From assembly GCA_051313645.2 (NCBI GenBank), contig JBNRSN020000017.1, positions 9,238,001 through 9,302,000 on the forward strand: a stretch of DNA of 64,000 nt, given 5' to 3'. This DNA comes from Centroscyllium fabricii. Lineage: Eukaryota. Below, piece by piece: positions 28,774-40,333 of the stretch (position 1 is the first letter of the stretch; each line of letters starts with the position of its first letter). The position numbers and the translations under genes were made by a program. The notes under the pieces are model-generated. The model made no database searches. It worked only from the letters and a program-made list of their open reading frames with translations, and was not told the DNA's origin.

Positions 28774-29160
28774 TGACGTTTGTTCGGGGGGGAGCTGAGA
28801 TTACAAGCTGGTTTTTGGTCTTCCATTTAAGAACGTCAGGCAAGAAATGATCCCCCGTTACCCTCGGTCTGATTTACCTTCCGTCCTTCCTCTCGAAGGT
28901 GGTGACTCGTGTTGAGGAATGGATCCGTTGATGCGGACCCCTCATCCATGTGGCCATTCTTTGAGTATCAGATGAACATTTGGTCTTGTTTTGGGATGGA
29001 GAACAGAATCGCAGCTTGGACTGATCCTATTCTCACTCCGCATCCCTGAAGGGATCACTGCCTAACATTCAGCAGCCGACGCCCTGCTTGAATCTCTCCA
29101 GCTCCCCTCCCCAGCAGGAGCTAATTGTTCAGCTGATTTGGCCTGGAATGTAGAAATTGT

Positions 29161-29585
29161 CAGCCGTGGCTCAGTGGGCAGCACTCTAGCCCCTGAGTCA
29201 GAAGATTGTGGGTTCAAGTCCCACTTGAGCACAAAAATCCAGGCTGACACTCCAGTGCAGTGCTGAGGGAGCACTGCACTGTTGGAGGTGCCGTCTTTCG
29301 GATAAGACTTTAAATTGCCCCCCTCGAGTGGATGTAAAAGATCCCACAGCACTATTTTGAAGAGCAGGGTCCCTGAGGTCCTGGCCAATATTTATCCCTC
29401 AATAAATATCACTAAAACAGATTATCTGGTCATTATCACACTGCTGTTTGTGGGAGCTTGCTGTGTGCAAATTGCCTGCCGCGTTTCCTTCATTACAACA
29501 GTGATTATACTCCCAAAAGTACTTAATTGGCTGTAAAGCACTTTGGGACGTCCTGAGCGCTCAAGGTGCTTTTGAAATGCACGTC
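29161..29585 (+). mobile_element. DeuSINE (SacSINE1-like), near full length
   Basis: tRNA head AGCCGTGGCTCAGTGG...GGTTCAAGTCCC; Deu-type core GGATGTAAAAGATCCCA...CCTGGCCAATATTTATCCCTCAA. Confidence 0.85.
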
Positions 29586-29869
29586 TTTCCGGACTGGGGA
29601 TTGAACCAGGGGCCTTATTGGTCTGTGGCCCCACTGTAAGTGACGGCGCATTAACCGATTGAGCTGCTGCAATATATAAACCTTTTGATCTCCAAATGAT
29701 GCTAATTTAAATATAATCTTACAGTTCAGTGGCATTGTAAAGACCATCAAAGTACAGTTTCAAGTTGGTTTATATGGTTAAGTTGCATTTAGTCCTGCTG
29801 AAATCGGGCATGTTTTCCAGGCAATTTTGAACCGATGTTTAATTGCGCTTTCTTCTTTTCTTTGACTAG

Positions 29870-29949
29870 CAAATCGATGAGTTCACTGACGTTAATGAAG
29901 GAGAGAAAGAAGTGATGAAACTGTGGAACCTGCACGTGATGAAGCACGG
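29870..29949 (+). CDS. SUZ12: SUZ12 exon 15 equivalent, QIDEFTDVNEGEKEVMKLWNLHVMKHG (VEFS)
   Basis: gactag acceptor, GTAAGT donor, 80 nt. Confidence 0.97.
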
Positions 29950-30831
29950 GTAAGTCTCTGATCCTTTTACTCTCCGATCTTTTTACTCTCCATTGTTGTG
30001 CTGCTTGTTGTGGGATGCAGTATTGGGATGGTACTTTATGAAGGTGGCAGTGAATTAATTCACTGACTTCTGATCTAGACGGAATGAAACCTGAGCTGTT
30101 TAATGGATGTTGGAAAAGCCCAGAGAGGGAGGTACCCTATTGTTTGTAACTTTGAAAAAGAATATATTATGTATATATATATATTATATCAGTGTAGAAT
30201 TGTGTTGTGCTGAGTTGGGGGAACTCCAATGGAATAGCGAGCACTATATCAGAATAACTTGTGAAGCCGACTTTTGTGTGGCGAATTCGCATGCAAATGA
30301 ACCAGATTACTTGGATCATTTTTGGTCACCCCCCCCCCCCCCAAGGGGTAGTCAGTGAGCGAAGGAAATTATTAATCCTGTTGTCTATGGCATGACATTC
30401 TCTCCATCTTTCAGATGAAATGTTAAGCCTGTTCAGGTGGATGTAAAAGATCCCACGGTACTTTTTTGATGAGCAGGGAGATCTCAGTGTATCCTCAGCC
30501 AACATCCATCCCTCAATCAACACCATCCAAGCACATTAACTGGTCACTTTTCTCATTTGCTGTCTGTAGGATCTTGCTGTGCACAAAATTGGCCTTGTTT
30601 GGCAAAACAGTGACACCGCTTGAAGAATTAGAAATTTTAAGTGCTATTTTTCCAAAACCGTAAATAAGTGATTGCAAGCCAACCGGACCTGTGTAGGCAG
30701 CATCCTTTAACAGTGTGCCCCCAATACACATGAGCTGAATGACTAACCTGCTCTTTTCCGGGTGGTAATGGTTAAGGGAGGAATGTTGTCCTGAGCCTGC
30801 TTGCTTTTCCCTCGAGTTGTGGTATGGGGCC

Positions 30832-30953
30832 CAATGTTGGTTGCCATGCTGCTCTCTGCCGGTCCCACTCAGCTTTTCCAATGTTAAATTTTGCGCATGC
30901 GGAAAAACTGGGCCGCGCAGCCCCTTCACAAAAAACAATTAGGGGGAGCATTG
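30832..30953. mobile_element. Short hAT MITE, same family
   Basis: 8-bp duplication ATGGGGCC/ATGGGACC; ends CAATGTT...AATTAGGGGGAGCATTG. Confidence 0.7.
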
Positions 30954-31419
30954 ATGGGACCTGTAATCTCCAATTGACCCTTCACAACAGGCAGATGGGA
31001 TTTCAGTTTAATGTCTTCTCCAAAGAGCTACACCCCTAACAATGTTCCACTGTACTGTCAGCCCAAACTCATCTACTCTAGTCCTAGAGATGGAGTTTCA
31101 ACCCACAGCCACAACCTAATCGGGGCGAGAGTGCTGCCAACTGAGCTAAGCTGGTTGTGATTGCTACTTCATTAACCTACAATCTAGCTGCCTGTTCTGT
31201 TTTTACAAACACTGACCACTTCAAAAAGAGCTTAAACTGCACCCCAATAGCTCAGACGGGTAAATCCACTGCCTGCTGTGCTCCAGGGAATGTCCTCAGT
31301 TCCACCTCGGCCAGCTCAGCACTTGGGGTGCTGCAGTTGACATCTGTGTCCCTGGGGTGGGGGTGGAAGTGCAGGCAATGAACCCTGCTGGAAAGTGCAT
31401 GTCTGGGTTCAGTTTGGAT

Positions 31420-32130
31420 TAGAACATAAGAACATAAGAAATAGGAGCAGGAGTCGGCCAATCAGCCCCCTCGAGCCTGCTCCGCCATTCAACAAGATCA
31501 TGGCTGATCTGATCCTAACCTCAATTTTATTTTTACTCTCCATCCCGCCCAGACCAATGTGATCACCTGGGAGAGGCGAAAAACCAGATTAAAAAACCCA
31601 GTGGCCAATTTGGGAGAAAAAATCTGGGAAATTCCTCTCCGACCCATCTAGGCGATCGAAAACTGGTCCAGGAGATCACAATACAATACAATACAATACA
31701 ATTCAATTTATTGTCATTGTAAAGCGAACACAATACAACGAAATGCAAACATGGCCGATCTGAACCTAGCCTCACGTCCACTTGCCTGCCCGCTCACCAT
31801 AACCCCTAATTCCCTTTAATTCCAGGAAACTGTCTATCTCAGTTTTAAATTTATTCAACGTAGTAGCTTCCACAGCTCTCTGGGGCAGCAAATTCCACAG
31901 CCGCACCACCCTCTGAGTAAAGAAGTTCCCCCTCATCTCAGTTTTGAAATGGCAGCCCCTTATTTTAAGATTATGCCCCCTAGTCCTAGTCTCACCCACC
32001 ATTGGGAACATCCTCACCGCATCCACCCGATCAAGCCCTCTCACAATCTTATATGTTTCAATAAGATCGCCTCTCATTCTTCTGAACTCCAATGAGTAGA
32101 GGCCCAATCTACTCAACCTCTCCTCATATG
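31420..32130 (-). mobile_element. CR1 LINE, same subfamily as the 23.5-kb copy
   Basis: ORF 31772-32116; near-identical to 23535-24170; carries an insertion at 31681-31751. Confidence 0.93.
31681..31751 (-). mobile_element. Short 3' tail of another non-LTR element (CAATGACAATAAA then (TATTG)n)
   Basis: Absent from the sister copy near 23788; ACA on both sides. Confidence 0.7.
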
Positions 32131-32236
32131 TTATTAGATCTATCTTCTTCTCTATGCGTAACTACATTGGGTGTCTGCAGGACTCTGCGCTTGCTAAGGC
32201 AGTATATATTAATAGGCTCTCGTTACTCTCTTGCAG

Positions 32237-32582
32237 GTTCATTGCTGACAATCAGATGCATCAATCCTGCCTGCTTTTTGTAGAGACTTGTGGACCAAGA
32301 ATAGTTGAGAGAAGCCTCTGTCGGAACTTTCTGCTTCATCTGGTTAGCATGCACGACTTCAACTTGATTAATTTAAACACGATCGATAAAGTAATGGCCA
32401 AGCTCGGTGAGCTGCAACAAAAGTTGCAAAGAGATTTCTCTGCTTTAAAACTGAGACAGGAGCCCTGTGACGATAGTCGGCCAAACAGCGCAGACAGTGG
32501 TACAGGCACGAGAGACAGAAATTCCAGCACTGACAGTCTCTCCTCTGGAGTCACCAAACAGAGCAAAAGGCACAAGCTCTGA
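32237..32582 (+). CDS. SUZ12: SUZ12 last coding exon, FIADNQMHQSCLLFVE...GVTKQSKRHKL*
   Basis: ttgcag acceptor; end of VEFS domain and basic C-terminal tail; TGA at 32580-32582. Confidence 0.97.
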
Positions 32583-34600
32583 AACCAAACCATTCACCCC
32601 GTCTCTTCCTCCCCCTTTCGCGCCCCCTCCCCTTTCCTGGACACAGTGGATCGTCACCGAGGAGAGAAGGGGCAAAACAAGATTGTTCCATGAGCGTCTC
32701 AGCTGAAATCGACAGAAGCTCCAAATGGACACTGGGCTAATCAGTAACAGAACGAAATGAGACAACAGTGTTGTATTAAGATTCTTTATTCTTGTATATG
32801 TTGGTGTGTTCAATTAATTGTACTTAATTAGCGGATGGAGTACAATTTTAAAGACATTGCATTCACCAGTGAACTGAACAAGCACAGTTCAGCTAGCTGC
32901 AGATGTTTTTTGTGCTATTCATTCTTTCTAGAGGACTTATTTTGGCTACAAAACCAAATCTTTCTCAACATCCATATTGGCGATTAAAAAAAAAAATGGC
33001 ATTGTATAGTTTTAAAGTCTTTCTGAAAAGTTTTTTTGTCATGAAATTTCAAAGGATCAGGATTCACTTTACATTCTCCATTTGGGAAAAAAAGCATGTA
33101 CTTTAGTTGAAGTATGATGTATAAAACCATGCGTGTAACAAAAATCTTCTGTAAAAACAAGTGCAATTTAAATAGTGGATGAAGTTTGCCTGTGTATATC
33201 TCACGGTCTTAATCTCCTTGTGACACAGGAGTAGCACTTCCCTATGTTCCTGTTTGGAAGGACTTTTTTTTAGTGTCTTTTTTTAATATATATATATATA
33301 TATATGTAATATATATATTATTTTAAGATGCCATCTCTACTCTCCCTCTTTACCCACACACCTCTCATTTTTAAAAAAGCTAGTGTTTATCGTTCTTCCC
33401 GTCGGGTCTGTGTTTGTGCATTTGTTTTGTTGCTTTCTGCTTGCTGTCTCGCCAGACTTGATCGTGCGCGCGCACACACCTGATGTGCTGCTTCATCTGC
33501 AACGCTGCTCTTTTTTAATGGCGTAGGAGAGATTATGCACTCCTTTTTTGGTGCGTTTCACCAATGCTTTGTGCTGGATACATCATCGGGACTGTATCGC
33601 CAAACTTCAGAAAAGGTTTATACAAGAGAAGGGGGGGGGGGCGGTAGCTTGAGCAGTGGTGCTGCAGAGGGGAGTGGGAAATGCACAGCAAGGCTGGGCC
33701 AGGAATACTTGCTAATCTCTTTATGCAATATTCTGAGAGACTTTTTATTTCCCTGTTACCAACACACAGGGTATTTATTGCAGGGGACACTAAAAAAAAA
33801 CCCGGATGTAAGGTATGTATTTTACACAGTATTTTGCTGCATAAGAACAGTCTTTTGTGCAGTCGAACACATTTTGGATAATGTAAATGTTTACAGTTTT
33901 TTTCCAATGGAAAGCGATTTTTCACTACTGGTGCAGTACCAGGAATGCAGGTTTTTAAACTCAGTAAGCACTGTGGGCCGAGTGACATTATCACCTCGGG
34001 TGTTTATTTTTTAAACTTTCCGTCAAGTTTGCATATTTTTTTGATTAAAAACTTAACTTAAAATGAGGGGCAGTGGACTGCTGTTTAACCAATATGACTT
34101 TGAGCTGCAGTTTTTTTTTAATATCCCACTTGAGTCACACCTGACTTTTCCTGGCTGTAATGGTCTGCATTTCTGTGAGTCTTTTTTAAACCTGTTCTTC
34201 CCTCTTTCTCGAAGAGTGTCTGTGTCGCCTGCGCGTATCTTGTTCGTGGCTTTGATTTGATCTAATGCTGTGCATATGTAAATTAGATTTTTTGTATTTT
34301 GGGCTGGGGTGCTGTAGTGTGTTTTTTTTCCTGCTGCTAATGTTCCTATCGAAGTACAATAATTCTGCTGTCCTGCCACAGATAGCTGGCATGGTCTGCA
34401 CAATTTTGACAGCCCAAGGTTTTGAATTAACGCTGGAAATTTTTGGATTTCGTGATATTTTACACTGACTTTTTTTTTCTTTTTTAAAAACAAAACCCGC
34501 ACCTTCCTGTCAGTTTTTGTAACCAAACCGGTCATCACAATGTTAATGGGTTTTTCTATTTAAAAAAAATAAATAAAATAAAAATAAGTAATTTTCCTAC
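32583..34600 (+). other. SUZ12: SUZ12 3'UTR (about 2 kb) ending at a cluster of AATAAA signals near 34568-34585
   Basis: AU-rich and free of interspersed repeats; overlapping AATAAA hexamers; exact end inferred. Confidence 0.65.
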
Positions 34601-34819
34601 TTCAAGTTGAATGCCTGCAATGCCAACCTTGCAAAAACATGTTTAAATTAAAATGTTAATTTAGAAATTGAGATTTAAGACTCCTTAATGAAGCTGAGCT
34701 TGAGTAACCCTGAAATGGTGCAACGCTTGTGCTGATGTCAAATTAAAAGCAGGCTGTTGCTGGGTCTTCACATTTTGCTTTGTAAGCAAGTCGTCTGAGG
34801 AAAACCAAGCAAGTCCGTC

Positions 34820-34920
34820 ACTGAAATAACAGAAAACGCTGGAAAAACTCAGTAAGCCAGGCAACATCGGTGGAGAGAAACAGAATTAACGTTTCAGGTC
34901 GAAACTCTTCAGAACTGAGG
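34820..34920 (-). mobile_element. Penelope-like terminal repeat with a decayed hammerhead-like core (related pieces near 2400-2490, 7905-7990, 9190-9340)
   Basis: CTGAAGA...GAAACGTTAA followed by CTGTTTCTCTCCA...CTGAG. Confidence 0.6.
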
Positions 34921-37417
34921 AAAAAAGCAGGAAATGAAACAGACTAAAAGGCCATTTTGGGAGCTGGGAAATGAGAGAGGGGATGAAAGTCAGTTACTGA
35001 ACCGTACAAGAGTGTAGCCGTTGATGTCTTTGGTTTTCTGCTCATGGTTAGAATAGCACCAGGGGACGATGATTTAATAGACAAGCTGAGCTCCCCTCAC
35101 GCCACCTTTTTGAAAACTGCCAACAAGTCCGTGTGATGCTGAAAAGGAGCATCGTGAAATACAGAACTCGCCTACCCCTGCGGTTTTAACCATTTTGGTA
35201 CTCTCGATAGCTGTCTATTAAAATGACATTTCCTGGCACGTTGTGCAGACTACCGTGACTCATTGAAAAATGTTTTTTTAAAGAACAATGTAGCTCAAAA
35301 AATTAGTTAATTTCCAAGTTAGATTTGCTGGATCATTATGAATACTTAAAATTTCTTTAGAACTGAAATTCACCCTTTACTAAGGTGTAGCAGGAAGAAC
35401 TTTTTTTAAATGGTTGTGACAGAATATTAAAATCCTTATAAATTAATCCCTGGGTCAGTACACGCCACTTGATGCACAACTGGAGGTGCGAGTAGTCCAC
35501 TTTGCTCCCTCCATATGGAGGGAATAACGCTTGCTTGATTCTTGAACCTGACAGTCTAGTTAGGAGTGTAAAATTCACAGGGCTGCAAGCTAACATCAAT
35601 TTTGACCCTGAGATTTGCAAATTACGGAATGAAGGGAAAGAATGTAAAATTGGACAGCAATGTAGAAAATGTAAGCTATCTTGATCCATGAGATCTGTAA
35701 GAGACACATCAGAGTGGGGACGGGTGTGTGAAGGTATTTAGCCTTGCTCCATTCCCCATTACCGCGCAGCAGTCTTTTTTCAAGCTGTTGACTCACTTGC
35801 TGAGGTACAGTTCCACAGGTGCTAACCAGCATCCCGTGCCTCCTAAATGGCTGTTTTTCCTGTATGCCTTTGAATGTCTGTCGCAGGCCGCCGCTGATTC
35901 CCAGTGTCCCACATATATACACACGTGTTATCGTGATCAAGAACAGGAAGTAGGGTGGACTTTCTTCATCTCCCTACCTCCAGTGTGCATTGGCCAATTC
36001 TGCTACCATCTACAAAAATCCAACCTGGGACCTTCCTAAGCTGTGTTCCTCAGCAACTAGCTCAAATGTACTGGGGAATAATTCAAACTAGCTGAACGTG
36101 TTTTTTGTTGCCTATTTGGGGCAGTAGGAAGTGTGAATTCATTCTTTAGTGACATTGGGAAAGCAATAATTGGTATAGTGTCAAAAGCTTGCATTTAGTA
36201 AATATACTCTTACATTGAAGTTTCATAAAGACCAGCAAGTGCAGTACTGTAGCACAAGAGGACGGCGTGGATTGATAACAATGGGTTGACCGAGTTGCTG
36301 CAGATGTTCAGTTTTGTGCAGCGAGATGTTCAGATGCTCAATGAAGCATTGGGCAGCAGCTGTGGTCATTTGTTGGAGTGACCCAAGTGTGTACAAACTA
36401 TTGCCAAAGCAGGAGAGGCTCATGGTGAATTCCAGACCTTAGCTGAGTTGTACGAGGTGCCAGGAACACCCATGCAAGGACAATTTATGGGAGTGTAGTC
36501 TGGTTTACTGGAGCTGCATTGTTTGGAGGGCTGCTAATGTGGGTACTCTGCCCTTGGATGGTGGGCAGCAAGCAGGGGAATGATGAAATGCATTTTAAAA
36601 ATGGCGCACTCCAATTTTTTGTCTTCAGCCCTGCGCTATTTCCATTCTGCATGTGATTCTTGACTGTTGGCAGCCTTTTTAGCCGCAGAAGTCATCACAA
36701 GTGAATATAAAACCTCTCCTTCACCAGATCAGGTAGTTATTGGAAGTGGTGACTGGTCCATTCTTTGTTGCTGGGTGAGAACGGCCACAAATTGGCCATT
36801 TGAGGCTAGAAGTGGCTCTGCTGTCACTCTCATCGTCAAACCTGGGATCTTGCTGGTTGTAGAAGTGAGGTATGGACCATGGAACAATTTAAAAAAATTA
36901 TTCATGGGATGTGGCCGTCGCTGGCAAAGCCAGCATTTATTGCCCATCCCACATTGCCCTCGAGGTGGTGGGGGGGCACCTTTTTGAACCGCTGCAGTCT
37001 GTGGTGAAGGTACTCCCACAGTGCTGACTTTGTTGTAGCGGTTTGGTACAATTGAGTGACTTGCTGGGCCATTTCAGAGTCCACTTCATTGTTGTGGGTC
37101 TGGAGTTACATATAGGCCAGACTAGGTAAGCATGGCAGATTTACTTCACTAAAGGACATCAGTCATCAGTGAACCAGTTGAGTTTTTCTGACAATCCAGT
37201 AGTCTGATGCTACCTTTTTAATTCCAGATTTATTTAACAATTTAATTTAAATTCCCCACAGCTGCCGTGTTGCAATTTGAACTCACACCTCTGGATTACC
37301 AGTCCAGTAAGATAACTACGATGCTACCATACCCCCTATCTACTAACCTATTGGTTTCACTTTTTCTACTGTATTTCTGAAGTTTACCAAGCCTGAAGAA
37401 CTACCTCACCATAGTCA

Positions 37418-37595
37418 CCATGATGTGGAGGTGCCAGTGTTGTACTGGGGTGGACAAATGCAAGAAGTCACACAACACGAGGTTATAGTCCAACAGTTTT
37501 ATTTAAAATCACAAGCTTTTGGACAGAAGCTCCGAAAGCTTGTGATTTAAAATAAAACTGTTGGACTATAACCTGGTGTGTGACTTACATTTGTA
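37418..37595. mobile_element. Penelope-like inverted-repeat remnant (palindrome)
   Basis: Inverted arms of about 70 bp; CACCATAGTCA duplicated at 37407-37417 and 37596-37606. Confidence 0.7.
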
Positions 37596-37989
37596 CACCA
37601 TAGTCATTTAGTGGAGAAACTGGAACTGTGAATGGGATGTTGCAAGAGGCATAATCTAGAACAAAAAGCTATGGTGTGATTATCTGCATGTGTGAGTTGC
37701 ACTTACATTTATTTATCTCCACCGGTATTGATCGCTTGGACCCTGGTGTTTTTAGGATGTGAGCGGCAAAGCAGCATTTATTGCCCATCCCTAGTTGCCG
37801 TGTTGGCATAGAATAGATTGCATGTAGACTAGGTAAGGACATTAAGTTCTCCAAAGCACAAGTTGGGGTTTTTGCAACAACCCAGGGGTTTTTGTGGATT
37901 ATTTTTCCGCTGCTACCTCACATGACCAGATTTATTGAATTGTTTCCTAGCATGCCATGATGGGATGGTAGCCTTAACCACCTGCCAAT

Positions 37990-39300
37990 GTTCCAGGTGT
38001 TGTAGCACAGGAGACGCCGATTTAGCCCATCACCCGTGTGCCAGTGCTCATTCTTCCACTGGAGCTCTTTAGGCCCAAAGTCCGATTCTTATCCAAATAT
38101 TCACCAATTCCCAGTCAAAGAATGACTCCTGCATCAATACCCATTTTGGCGTTGAAGCATTCCATGTTCTGACAGTTCGATGTAGAAAAGGTTTCTAGTT
38201 TCCACCTTTGTTCTAGCAATGAGCCTAAATGGATTCCCCCTCATTACTAATTTGCCAGAGGAAATACCCTCAACGTTTGGTAGCCTTGTAAGCAAGCCTC
38301 TCTTACATCCTCCCTTTAACCAACTTCTGTTTCAGTGGAATAAAGCACCAATTGTTCAAATCTTTCCTCATTAATAACTCATCATTATAGTGTATTCTCT
38401 AGTTGATAGGAATATCCTTCCTGTAGTAGGGTGCCTAGATTTGCTTGCAATTTTCCAGTTGCAACCAACCGTGCCAATATATTGTACAAGTTCCAGCAAT
38501 ATTTCCGATTTCATATTTAGCGGCCACATGCACCCAGATTGTCTGTTTATGGCCTATTCTGCTTGTGCTCCGATACAGATTTATGTATCTGCACTGATCT
38601 TCCTAGTTTTAAATAAACCATTTAGGGTATTCCTTTCACTTATTTTCCAGAAAACTTATCTGTCACCTTTTGTGCCCATTCTACTAATCTATCTGTCTTC
38701 AGTTAGCACTACCCCTTAATTTGATATCTGGCACAAAAAATATATCTAAGTTTACAATGTCAAAATCCATTTATATAAATGAAAGCATCCTGCCAATCTG
38801 AAAAATATCCATTTCCCTTTACTGTCCTATCTGTCCCCTGGCTTGCTATCCATGAGTACATTTCCTTTTTTCTGTGCCTTGATTTTCATCACAACTGGTA
38901 TATTAATGAGCCCTTTTGGAAAATGGGTATGTACAACATCCACTCAATTATCTACACACTCATTTCTTCAAAAAAATAAAACCTGTAAAACGCATGACCT
39001 TCCCTTTATGCTAGTTGACGCATGCCTTTCTAAGTATGCACTGATGTTATGCACTCTAGGTTTACCCACACTGGACCTAAAGCTCGCTGACCTATTTCCT
39101 GGGTACACGCCACTTCAACAGGTGTGTGGCATTTTGCCTGTGAATCCATTAACTTTGTCGTTTCTTCATTTAGCTCTAATGCCTCCAATATTCTCCTACC
39201 GTCCCACTTGCCCCTTCTGTGTAAAACTGACAAAATACTAAGTAGTTTGACCATTCTCCTGCTCTGTTATCTCAGTCTTGAATTATAAACTATTTTAAAG
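37990..39300 (-). mobile_element. Old, degenerate CR1 LINE
   Basis: Recognisable CR1 tail and RT-like segments with many mutations. Confidence 0.55.
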
Positions 39301-39961
39301 GCTAGAATATATGAAAGCTGGGGGACAGTTTGCTCTCCATTCATCCCACTGATACTTTAACACCAATTTAGTATCAAATGTATTTTAAATGTCATTCTCT
39401 ACTATCCAACCTGGCAGATTATTCAAAAACACATCACTTGAGCTTTATGTTTTAACTGCATGGATTTATCTCCTGTCTTTGGTTGAAGGATATTCTGGGT
39501 TTATCTTATCTGTACCATTTAATGTTTATGCACTTCCATCAGTCTTTATCCTGAAGGATAATGTAATTCAAATGACTAATCTTCCTCCAGACCTTGCTGC
39601 AGATGGCTAGGTTTCATTTTTCTAACTTGCAAACATAATATGCAGCACAGAAACAGGCCATTCAGCCCACGTGGTGTAGGTGTTTATGCACCACATGAGC
39701 AGCCTTCTCGCCCTACTTCAACCTCATCCCCTCAACATAACCTTCCATTCCTCTCTATCTCTTCCCCTTAAATTCATCAACAATATTTACTTCAACTACT
39801 CCATGGGGTAGAGAATTCTCTCCTGAATTCCTTATTGGATTTATTAAGACCCCTAGTTTTGGTTTTCCCTAAAGTGGAAACCGCTTCTCTACGTCTAGCC
39901 TTCCTTGTCATAATTTTAACAACCTCAATAAGGTCACCCCTCAGCCATAGAATCATAGTAA

Positions 39962-40237
39962 TGTGGCGACACTCCTACCAGAACCATCGAATCCGCCTCG
40001 GGAGTGCTGCGAGACGGCCCCGCCCGCCGGGCAGCGTGATGACGTCACCGCGACTTCCGGCGTGATGACGTCGCTAGGTGGACATCCGGCAGTGACGTCA
40101 CCAACCGCGGGACCTTTAAATACCTTGGTTCCAGGTGGCTCTCTTTCGCTACCTGGCCATGGCTGAGTTAATATTAAATGATTGTTTTCCGAATCTTCTG
40201 TATCCAGTGTGGTTCTTCAGGCCTGCATGCCTCTACA
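39962..40237 (+). repeat. 5' LTR (276 bp)
   Basis: By eye, 14 substitutions and 2 indels versus the 3' LTR; CRE and ETS motifs, TTTAAATA, ATTAAA. Confidence 0.96.
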
Positions 40238-40333
40238 GTGGTGACCTCGATACTTGGAACGAGTTCCAAGGGAACAATGAAGCAGTCGCTGCAGGACTGA
40301 GGGCCAAGCTGCCTCAGTTGAATCGCAACCACC

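Noticed and set aside
28860-29150. Possible conserved non-coding element (similar stretches near 6600-6850, 35770-36050, 45110-45330)
   Set aside because: Appears to be an old multicopy repeat family, too degenerate to delimit or name by eye
33533-34538. ORFs of 150-160 aa in the SUZ12 3'UTR
   Set aside because: Biased composition, no recognisable protein, typical UTR homopolymers
34885-34915. Active hammerhead ribozyme
   Set aside because: CTGAAGA...GAAAC is present but stem II cannot pair; the copy near 7910 has a mutated core
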